Shown here: piece after piece, positions 1-7,710 of the stretch
How positions within the stretch are numbered: the stretch's first letter is position 1
Layout: every line of letters starts with the position of its first letter
NCBI GenBank assembly: GCA_041946805.1
Contig: JBHGBC010000001.1
Coordinates: 2,866 to 66,865 of the forward strand
Origin: a bacterium
Lineage (GTDB): Bacteria; Hinthialibacterota; Hinthialibacteria; Hinthialibacterales; Hinthialibacteraceae
Direction: 5' to 3'
DNA length: 64,000 nt
The notes under the pieces: generated by a model
The model's database searches: none
The model's input: only the letters and a program-made list of their open reading frames with translations
What the model was told of the DNA's origin: nothing
Made by a program: the position numbers and the translations under genes

Positions 1-2
1 AT

Positions 3-128
3 GTGGATGGGAAGAAGGTTGTGCTGTTGGGTGGTTTACGAGTTACTCCCAGAGAAATGTTAAATGACACCGGGGAATTGGATCTGGTCACCAGTGGGCT
101 GAAAGCCAGTTTGTGGTTGAAATATTGA
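3..128 (+). CDS. C-terminal fragment (41 aa) of a gene that starts upstream of the window
   Basis: Frame 3 is open from the window edge to TGA at 126-128 (..DGKKVVLLGGLRVTPREMLNDTGELDLVTSGLKASLWLKY*). No start codon is present, so it is a partial gene. I do not recognise the family. Confidence 0.3.
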   Translation: MDGKKVVLLGGLRVTPREMLNDTGELDLVTSGLKASLWLKY

Positions 129-453
129 ATCCAAGACTCGTCCGGTGAATGCGCGCGGGATTGGAGCGGACACCGCGGTCCGCACCTGCAAAATTCCCTC
201 ACCCTCCCCCAGAAGAATGTTCTTTACCCGGAAGTCCTGATCCTGTCATAGAAGTGAATCCCCGCAGGGATCGCTATCTTTTGGTCTGAAACCGGGGATT
301 ATCGCCCCCGGCCATTCTAATAGGACCCTACGGGTCCTCAATACTTCGCCAGGATCCCCGCATACGCGGGGATGACAACCTACGAGGACGATCCGATAAA
401 GATCAGCCCAGTTGGGTAGGATGGATTAACGAAGCGGAACCCATCCAAACCCC

Positions 454-1407
454 TCACAACGCCGCCAGGGCGCCGCGCATATAGGCGTACGATTCGATCA
501 TCCCCGGCATCGGATTGTCGGCGTCCTTCTCGTACTCCAAGGCCACGTGCCCCGTGAAACCCACTTCCAGCAAGGCTTTCAGCACGCCGGGGATGTCGAT
601 CACCCCGCGGCCGACTTCGGTGGCCCCGCCCTGGGCGTCGCGGCCGGTCACGTCCTTGATGTGAAAATCGTACAAGCGGTCATGGACGGCGTGGACCGCC
701 TCGACCTCGTTCAAGCCCAGACGGACGGTGTGGCCGATATCGATGCACACGCCCATGTGTTCGCCGAACTGCTTGGCGCTTTTGTAGGCGTCCATGTGGG
801 AGGGATAGCGGTCATCGTTGGGGCCGTGGTTGTGGATGGCTACTTTGATGTCATATTCCTCGGCCATTCGGGCGACCGCGGGGAGGGCGTCGAGATCCGG
901 GGCGGACACCATCACCGGCATCCCGGCGTCGCGGGCGTACTCGAAGGCGTTGCGGATCTGCTTGGCGTCATTTTTCAGGTACACCACGCCGCAGCCCATA
1001 AGGTTGATGCCCGCCTCCTTGACCTTGCGGGCCGCCTCCTGGCGTTCCTCTTTCGTTGAATCCATCTTGAGGTGGAAGTCCTTGAGGGTGACGTATTTCA
1101 TACCGATCTTCTTCATCATCTCCAGCGTTTCGTCCAGGGAGAACTTCCGGGCGGTATAGGACGCAAGACCCAGTTTCAGATTCTTGGCGGAATGAGTGGA
1201 TGCCGAGGCGCTGGCGGAAGCGGACACGCTGGCGGAAGCGGACGCGCTGGACGATTCCACGGCGCCGGCGGAACCGCGCGGAGCGGCGAGGGCCAAGGCC
1301 GCCAGCCCCGTGGAGGCGATGAATCCCCTTCGGTCCAGAATGGGTGTATGGGTCATGGGTTTTGGTTCCTTTCCAGTCAAATTCGGATTCGGGCGAAAAA
1401 TCATCAT
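454..1407 (-). CDS. Sugar phosphate isomerase/epimerase (xylose-isomerase-like TIM barrel) with twin-arginine signal peptide
   Basis: 317-aa ORF. N-terminus has RRGFIASTGLAALALA (TAT motif), followed by a low-complexity SASASASVSASASAS linker, then a TIM-barrel isomerase-like body (HLKMDST...GINLMGCG...HNHGPNDD...IDIGHTVRLG). Confidence 0.75.
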   Translation of the reverse strand: MMIFRPNPNLTGKEPKPMTHTPILDRRGFIASTGLAALALAAPRGSAGAVESSSASASASVSASASASASTHSAKNLKLGLASYTARKFSLDETLEMMKKIGMKYVTLKDFHLKMDSTKEERQEAARKVKEAGINLMGCGVVYLKNDAKQIRNAFEYARDAGMPVMVSAPDLDALPAVARMAEEYDIKVAIHNHGPNDDRYPSHMDAYKSAKQFGEHMGVCIDIGHTVRLGLNEVEAVHAVHDRLYDFHIKDVTGRDAQGGATEVGRGVIDIPGVLKALLEVGFTGHVALEYEKDADNPMPGMIESYAYMRGALAAL

Positions 1408-1698
1408 TTTTATAACACATGAAATGGGGGATTGGGGAGGGGGATATAGTCATGGAAACCATCTTCCCTGGCAATCTATCCCTCATAACGATAGGGTCTG
1501 TATCAGACCGGACAGCGTGGGTGCCATGCGGATTTATGCCGTGTTATAATAGAAAGGTGGAGGATCATCACGGCATATTCATAAAATTTTTTTCTTCATA
1601 ATTTTTTGGAGTATTATTTCAGGATTGAATGGGTGAACGCAAGCATGACTGGAGAAGATTTGCGGCATTCACGTAGACTTTTATGAATATGCGGTGTT

Positions 1699-2127
1699 AT
1701 GATTGATACGCTTAGCGAAAAAGAACGAAGCGAAAGAATGTCCTTGGTACGAGGCAAGGATACCAAGCCTGAAATGGTTGTCCGTCGACTGGTTCATGGC
1801 CTAGGGTATCGTTACCGTCTTCATGATGGCAAACTCCCGGGTAAGCCGGATCTGGTGTTTGCATCAAGGAAAAAGGTAATTTTTGTGCATGGATGTTTTT
1901 GGCACCGTCATGGAAAGTGCAAACTCGCCAGAATGCCTAAATCTCGATTGGATTTTTGGCATTCCAAATTGGAAGGGAACCGCAGACACGACTTGAAAAA
2001 TCAGAGATTGTTGAAAAAGATGGGATGGAGTTATCTTATAATCTGGGAATGCGAGTTAAAAGAAATCAAGTTGATAGAGGAACGGATCGTTGATTTTTTA
2101 TCATTGACTAACGAGGACAAACAATGA
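1699..2127 (+). CDS. vsr: Very-short-patch-repair endonuclease Vsr
   Basis: 142 aa; MSLVRGKDTKPE...RYRLHDGKLPGKPDLVF...IFVHGCFWHRH.C motifs typical of Vsr. Low-GC region. Stop overlaps the start of the methyltransferase gene (ATGA). Confidence 0.9.
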   Translation: MIDTLSEKERSERMSLVRGKDTKPEMVVRRLVHGLGYRYRLHDGKLPGKPDLVFASRKKVIFVHGCFWHRHGKCKLARMPKSRLDFWHSKLEGNRRHDLKNQRLLKKMGWSYLIIWECELKEIKLIEERIVDFLSLTNEDKQ

Positions 2128-3332
2128 AATCGGTTGAATTGTTCGCGGGAGGTGGAGGCCTGGGATTGGGTTTGAGCATGGTGGGTTTCGGCCCTACACT
2201 GATTTTGGAAAAAGACAAATGGGCTTGCGACACGATTCGGGAAAATCAAATCTGTGGCTATCCTCTAGTCCAAGATTGGGATGTTTTTGAGTGCGATGTA
2301 AGGAATTTTGATTTTGGCCATATTGAAGGTGTTGAATTGGTCTCGGGGGGGCCGCCTTGTCAGCCATTTTCCCTGGGTGGTAAGCACATGGCGTATTTGG
2401 ATGAAAGAGATATGTTTCCCACGACAGTGGAAGTCGTGCGGAAATTGCGTCCCCGGGCTTTTTTGATTGAGAATGTGAAGGGCATCACGAGACAAGCCTT
2501 CGCGAATTATTTTCAATATATTCTTCTTCAACTTTCCTTTCCCGAAATTATCAAAAAAAATAGTGAGTCTTGGATGGACCATTTATCCAGATTGGAAAAA
2601 CATAAAACCCGTGGACGAATTCAGGGACTGGCTTATAACGTTGTGGCTAGATTATTAAACGCGGCGGACTATGGAGTGCCGCAGTTTCGGGAACGGATTT
2701 TCATTGTAGGTTTTAGGACCGACCAGGATCGAGAATGGAGTTTTCCCGAGCCAACACATTCGATGGACGCCTTGCTATACGATCAGTGGATCTCGGGTGA
2801 ATATTGGGAGAGGCATGAGATATCCCTAAAAAACCGCCCGTCGCCACCCGCAAAAATCCTTCCCAGAATTAAAAAACTAAATCAAACACTTTTTCCGAAT
2901 ATGATTGGCAAACCTTGGCGAACGGTACGAGACGCGCTTTCCGGATTACCTGATCCACGGGACTCCGGGGCGGATAAGTTTCATAATCATACATACCAAC
3001 CAGGCGCGAAATCATATCCTGGACATACGGGCAGCCAGCTGGATTTTCCCGCCAAAACCTTGAAGGCAGGGGATCATGGCGTGCCTGGCGGAGAAAACAT
3101 GTTGGTTATGCCCAATGGCGGGATTCGATATTTCTCGGTCCGGGAGTCAGCTCGGCTGCAAACATTTCCCGATGGATACCGTTTTCACGGATCATGGACA
3201 GAAACCATGAGACAACTTGGAAATGCGGTACCCGTGATTCTTGCCCGCGCCGTGGGCGCTAGCATCGTGCAAGAACTTGTTTTTAGTCAGGAAAAAGCCT
3301 TGTTGAAGCAGTCTAACGAAATCATTTCATGA
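2124..3332 (+). CDS. DNA (cytosine-5)-methyltransferase
   Basis: 402 aa; motif I ELFAGGGGLGLG, motif IV GGPPCQPFSLGGK, ENVKG, target-recognition domain and C-terminal QLGNAVPV motif. Translationally coupled to vsr upstream and the REase downstream. Confidence 0.9.
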   Translation: MKSVELFAGGGGLGLGLSMVGFGPTLILEKDKWACDTIRENQICGYPLVQDWDVFECDVRNFDFGHIEGVELVSGGPPCQPFSLGGKHMAYLDERDMFPTTVEVVRKLRPRAFLIENVKGITRQAFANYFQYILLQLSFPEIIKKNSESWMDHLSRLEKHKTRGRIQGLAYNVVARLLNAADYGVPQFRERIFIVGFRTDQDREWSFPEPTHSMDALLYDQWISGEYWERHEISLKNRPSPPAKILPRIKKLNQTLFPNMIGKPWRTVRDALSGLPDPRDSGADKFHNHTYQPGAKSYPGHTGSQLDFPAKTLKAGDHGVPGGENMLVMPNGGIRYFSVRESARLQTFPDGYRFHGSWTETMRQLGNAVPVILARAVGASIVQELVFSQEKALLKQSNEIIS

Positions 3333-3934
3333 AAAACATATCTCCTTATAATCCACTTGATAAAAGGCACCTAGGTAAAAGTGTGGCGGATGCTCTTTTA
3401 TCCCAAGAGAAAATTCCTCTCAATGAAATCGAACCCTTTAACGGAGCGGGGATCTATGCGATTTATTACCGAGGGGATTTCCGAGGGTATGAATTTCTAT
3501 CGCGAGGAGGCTGGACCGAAATCCCCATCTATGTCGGCAAGGCGGTGCCAGCTGGCGCTAGAAAAGGGAACTTTGGATTGGATATCAATCCAGGATTTGC
3601 CTTGCACAATCGCTTGAATGAGCATGCCACCAGCATTCAACAAGCCCAGAATCTTCGGATCGAGGATTTTGTATGTCGATTTTTAGTTGTGGATGACATC
3701 TGGATACCTCTGGGGGAATCTCTTTTAATCGCGAAATTCTCTCCCCTCTGGAACAAAATTATCGACGGCTTCGGTAATCATGATCCTGGGAAGGGAAGAT
3801 ACAACCAAGTCCGCTCACGGTGGGACACTTTACATCCGGGTCGAGAATGGGCCTTGCGATGCAAGGAACGGCCTGAAACCGTGGAACAAATAATGATCGA
3901 AATAGAGAATTTTCTTCGGAGTGTGATCATTTGA
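3329..3934 (+). CDS. GIY-YIG type II restriction endonuclease, Eco29kI family
   Basis: 201 aa; GIY (AGIYAIYY) ... YVG (IPIYVGKA), then R-x3-H (RLNEH), then E...N spaced 12 apart. This spacing pattern matches the Eco29kI-type GIY-YIG REase active site as I recall it. ATGA overlap with the MTase gene. Confidence 0.7.
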   Translation: MKNISPYNPLDKRHLGKSVADALLSQEKIPLNEIEPFNGAGIYAIYYRGDFRGYEFLSRGGWTEIPIYVGKAVPAGARKGNFGLDINPGFALHNRLNEHATSIQQAQNLRIEDFVCRFLVVDDIWIPLGESLLIAKFSPLWNKIIDGFGNHDPGKGRYNQVRSRWDTLHPGREWALRCKERPETVEQIMIEIENFLRSVII

Positions 3935-3980
3935 CATTATTAAATAATTAAAGAAAGCGTTTTTTATAAGATCATCCGTG

Positions 3981-4075
3981 GGATGGGTTGGCGCGCAGCG
4001 CGTAACCCATCACATGACCGCCTCATGAACATCACTCTCTCCCCGCGCGGGAGAGAGCCAGGGGGAGGGAAAGCC
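3981..4075 (+). repeat. Mosaic hairpin repeat, copy A (GATGGGTTgGCGCGCaGCGcGTAACCCATC module + CTCTCCC..GGGAGAG hairpin + GGGGGAGGGAAA)
   Basis: Matches the core and accessory modules of other copies (for example the reverse-oriented copy at 37123-37248). Sits at the right boundary of the low-GC R-M island. Confidence 0.65.
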
Positions 4076-4140
4076 TTGCATGAACAATCGATCGGGGAGT
4101 TTCAACCAATGAACCAATCCAGGAAAAATCACGCCCCCCC

Positions 4141-5586
4141 TCACACCCGCTTGCGCTTGCTGGTGGGGAGGATGTCCATCTTCTCGCGGTACTTGGCGAC
4201 CGTGCGGCGGGCGATGTTGAGGTTGTAGTCGCGGTGCAGGATTTCGGTGATTTTCTGGTCGGAGAGGGGCTTGCGCGGGTCTTCTTCCTCGATCAGGGTG
4301 CGGATGATCTCCATGACGCTCTTGGCGGACATGTCGTCGCTGCCGGAGGTGTCGAGGCCGGTGGAGAAGAAATACTTGAGTTCGAACAGCCCGCGGGGGG
4401 TCTGAACGTATTTTTTGTTGACCACGCGGCAGACGGTGGCTTCGTGGATGCCCAGTTCGTCGGCGATGTCGCGCAGCTTGAGGGGGCGCAGGGAGGTCAC
4501 GCCTTCCTCCAAGAAGCCGATCTGCTTGTCCATGATGGCCTTGGTCACGCGGTAGAGCGTGCGCCGGCGTTGTTCGATGTTGCGGATCAGCCAGATCGCG
4601 GACTGGAATTTCTTGCGGATGAACTCGTACTCCTCGTCGGTGATGCCGTCCTTGTTTTGCAGCATCTCGCGGTACTTGCGGCTGATGCGCAGGGGGGGCG
4701 AGCCTTCGTCGTTGACGCGCACCTGCCATTCGCCGTCCACTTTTTCGATGAAAACGTCGGGGGTGATGTACTCCACCGGCTCGTGGTGGTATTGGCGCGC
4801 GGGCCGGGGATCCAGGCCGCTGATGATGTCGGCGATTTCCTGCACGTGCGTTTCGGTGACGCCCAGGGCGCGGGCGATTTCCTTCAACCGGCGGCGTTCG
4901 AGCAGGGGGAGATAATGGCGGATGACGGCGAGGATATCATCGTCATCGATTTCCAGGTTCCGGCACTGGATCTCGAGGCATTCCTGCAAATTCCGGGCGG
5001 CGATCCCCGACGGATCGAAGCCCTGGATGATCTTGAGGATGGCTTCGACCTTTTCCTCGGTTTGGCTGAAGGTCTCGGCGATCTCCTTGACGGTCACGTC
5101 CAGGAAGCCGTCCTCGTTGAGATGGTCGATAATGTATTCGCCGATCTGGAATTCCAATTCGCCGTTGATGGAGATCCCCAGCTGCCAGAGGAGATGATCC
5201 TTGAGGGTTTCTTCCTGCGCCATCTGCATGGTGGTTTCGTCCCCCTCTTCCTCGATGGAAGCCGAAGAGCCATTGCCCACGAAACCCAGGTCGCTGCTGT
5301 CGGTAAAATAATCGGTCCAGTTTTGATCGAGTTCGATATGCCCCAACTCCCGCTCACCGGCCTCACCGTCCAGATCCTCGGGTGTGATTTCCGGTTCCTC
5401 GGTGGAAAGATCGGATGTGCCGGTGAACTCCTCTTCCTCCAACATGGGATTTTCGGCCATCTCCTCCTGGAGCAGTTCGGACAGTTCCAGGGTGGAGAGT
5501 TGCAGCAGTTGGATCGACTGCTGCATTTGCGGCGTCATGATCAGCCGCTGGGTCATTTTTTGTTGGAGTTGTAACCGTTGATCCAT
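4141..5586 (-). CDS. rpoN: RNA polymerase sigma-54 factor
   Basis: 481 aa; N-terminal Gln/Leu-rich region I (MQQSIQLLQLSTLELSELLQEE), acidic linker, and C-terminal RpoN box ARRTVAKYRE. Confidence 0.95.
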   Translation of the reverse strand: MDQRLQLQQKMTQRLIMTPQMQQSIQLLQLSTLELSELLQEEMAENPMLEEEEFTGTSDLSTEEPEITPEDLDGEAGERELGHIELDQNWTDYFTDSSDLGFVGNGSSASIEEEGDETTMQMAQEETLKDHLLWQLGISINGELEFQIGEYIIDHLNEDGFLDVTVKEIAETFSQTEEKVEAILKIIQGFDPSGIAARNLQECLEIQCRNLEIDDDDILAVIRHYLPLLERRRLKEIARALGVTETHVQEIADIISGLDPRPARQYHHEPVEYITPDVFIEKVDGEWQVRVNDEGSPPLRISRKYREMLQNKDGITDEEYEFIRKKFQSAIWLIRNIEQRRRTLYRVTKAIMDKQIGFLEEGVTSLRPLKLRDIADELGIHEATVCRVVNKKYVQTPRGLFELKYFFSTGLDTSGSDDMSAKSVMEIIRTLIEEEDPRKPLSDQKITEILHRDYNLNIARRTVAKYREKMDILPTSKRKRV

Positions 5587-6159
5587 TTAGACTGCCTGTT
5601 AAACCGCGCCTTTCGTTTTCTATGGTGATTATCCAGGTTGGATCCGACCAATCGCAATACATCCGGGATCTATTATAACTCTCAATTAAATTTTCATGCC
5701 AAAAATATCACATGTTGGCGGATCTGTCAATATGCCATGGCTGGCTTCCTCCTGCTTCTTTCTATTCTATGTTCATTTATATCAAATAGTTATAACTTTT
5801 CAGAAATGAGGATTGTGTGGCATTTGAACCGCAAAAATTTTGCTGGAAGATCGCGTGTCCTAGCCTCATTATCTCTCGAAACGCGGATCCGGAATACGGA
5901 ATGCTCTCCCGAAAAAAGATCGGAGGGAATAATGGGAGTCGGCATGAGATTATTTTAAAATTCTATAATTTGACCAGAACTATAATTAATATGCTGTTTC
6001 ATCCGGTTCGGCCGCTTTGTACAGGGACGCGTTGCCATGTGCCCCTTCCATCGACAAACTCCCTATGTATCTCCCCTCTCCCCATGTATGGATTGACGAA
6101 GCCGGGTCCCACCCGTATTCTCGATCCAACCGATTTGAAATGGTCTATTACGTAACGTA

Positions 6160-7710
6160 TTGATGCATCAATATTTATATCGAAATTTCATGGATTCCCT
6201 TTTCAACCGCCTCGCTGCTGATGGCCGCGCCGCTCTCCGCCGGACGGTGGATTTCTGGCGGGGGCGTTGGATTGCTCATTCCCTCCTCCTGGCGGTGTTC
6301 GTGGCGGTCCACACTCTGTATTACGGCCTGGGCGGGGTGTTCGACGCCGACATCTTCTCGTTCTGGCAAGTGATCGATCTCGATTTGTTAAAACACCGCC
6401 TCCTCGAAAGCCTTTGGTATCTCCACATGCAGCCGCCCCTGTTCAATGGCTTTTTGGGCCTGGTGGAGAAGTGGAGTTTCGGATCTGCGTACAGCGTGTA
6501 CGGGGCGGTTTATCTCGCCTTCGGGCTTGTGGCGGCCTGCTCTTTGCTTCATCTGCAGTTACGGTTCCACATTGCGGCGCCCATCGCGCTGGGAGTGACC
6601 AGCCTGTGCCTGATCTCGCCTTCGTGGTTCCTATATGAGAACTGGCTGATGTACACTTTCCCCGTGATGGCCTTGCTGGGGCTGTCGGCGGTGCGGATGC
6701 ATATCTACCTGGAGAGGCCCACGATCCGCAACGGGATCTGGTTTTTCGGCCTCCTGGCGGTGTTGGTCTACCTGCGTTCGTTGTTTCAATTCGGCTGGTT
6801 CGTTTTTGCGGCGGCTCTGGCCTGGATGCATCTGAAAGACCGGCGGCTTGATGTGGCGAAAGCCCTGGCCGTCCCGCTCGCGCTGGTATTCCTGTTGTAC
6901 CTGAAAAACTGGCTGGTCTTCGGAACTTGGGCCACCAGCACCTGGCTGGGACCCAACCTGATGGTTATGACCCGCTTGGTTCCCCCCGACATCCGGCGGG
7001 ACCTGGTGCTGAAGGGTGAACTCTCGACCCTCTCGTACGTGCATCCCTTTTACCCCATCGAGAGCTACCGGGGGTATACCCAGGTGGATCCCAACCAAAC
7101 CTGGGGAGTCCCGGTGCTCGACCGGATGTTGAAAAGCGATGGCGATCAAAACCGCAATCACGGCCTGTACTTGATGATCAACCGGACCAACCTGCGGGAC
7201 GCCTGCGTGTTAATCCGGGCCGCTCCGGGGTATTACCTCCAAACGGTGGCCGAAGCATGGCGGCGGTTTTGTCTCCCCGCATGGAACTACCGTTATTTCC
7301 GGGGACAAAATCCGGTTTTTCTGGAAGGGATGGTGAAGTGGAACCACTGGCTGCTGGGTTGGCCGGAGGAGGATTTCATCAACCAGTTGCGAAAGATCGA
7401 GGGGGATCCCCGTCTCACGGCCTTTTGTTGGCTGCTGCCGGCGCTGGCGCTGGGCGGGATCGTCCTGCTGCTCTTGCCCGGGCATATCACCCGGTTTTCG
7501 TCCGTGGACCGCATCGTTTTGTTATTCGTCTTGATCACCCTGCTGATGGTAACCTTCGAAGGGACCTTTTGCCTCCACCGGGAGAACAACCGCATCCGCT
7601 TCGTATTGACTCCCTATTTCGCCTTGCTCGTGGGACTTCTAGCGGACCGGATGGTGCAGGCCGTGCGGCGGCTTATTGGTTTTCCCACCGCTCCAGCTGC
7701 TCTTCCATAA
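6160..7710 (+). CDS. Polytopic integral membrane protein (possible GT-C-like glycosyltransferase; unassigned)
   Basis: 516 aa with about 10 or more hydrophobic helices. No soluble catalytic motif recognised. Family not assigned. Confidence 0.55.
   Translation: MMHQYLYRNFMDSLFNRLAADGRAALRRTVDFWRGRWIAHSLLLAVFVAVHTLYYGLGGVFDADIFSFWQVIDLDLLKHRLLESLWYLHMQPPLFNGFLGLVEKWSFGSAYSVYGAVYLAFGLVAACSLLHLQLRFHIAAPIALGVTSLCLISPSWFLYENWLMYTFPVMALLGLSAVRMHIYLERPTIRNGIWFFGLLAVLVYLRSLFQFGWFVFAAALAWMHLKDRRLDVAKALAVPLALVFLLYLKNWLVFGTWATSTWLGPNLMVMTRLVPPDIRRDLVLKGELSTLSYVHPFYPIESYRGYTQVDPNQTWGVPVLDRMLKSDGDQNRNHGLYLMINRTNLRDACVLIRAAPGYYLQTVAEAWRRFCLPAWNYRYFRGQNPVFLEGMVKWNHWLLGWPEEDFINQLRKIEGDPRLTAFCWLLPALALGGIVLLLLPGHITRFSSVDRIVLLFVLITLLMVTFEGTFCLHRENNRIRFVLTPYFALLVGLLADRMVQAVRRLIGFPTAPAALP

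Noticed and set aside
1196-1260. Short direct repeats that might be taken for a CRISPR-like array
   Set aside because: It is an 18-nt tandem coding repeat (an (SA)n linker) inside the isomerase gene. No spacer-repeat architecture and no cas genes exist anywhere in the window.
4234-5574. 446-aa ORF antisense to rpoN; similar long antisense ORFs at 7917..9107, 19629..20516, 20090..21463, 27569..28561, 40358..41551, 45156..46607, 48575..49669, 52591..53709
   Set aside because: All lie fully inside well-supported genes on the opposite strand (or in an alternate frame). They have Arg/Gly/Ala/Pro-dominated composition typical of non-coding frames in high-GC DNA.
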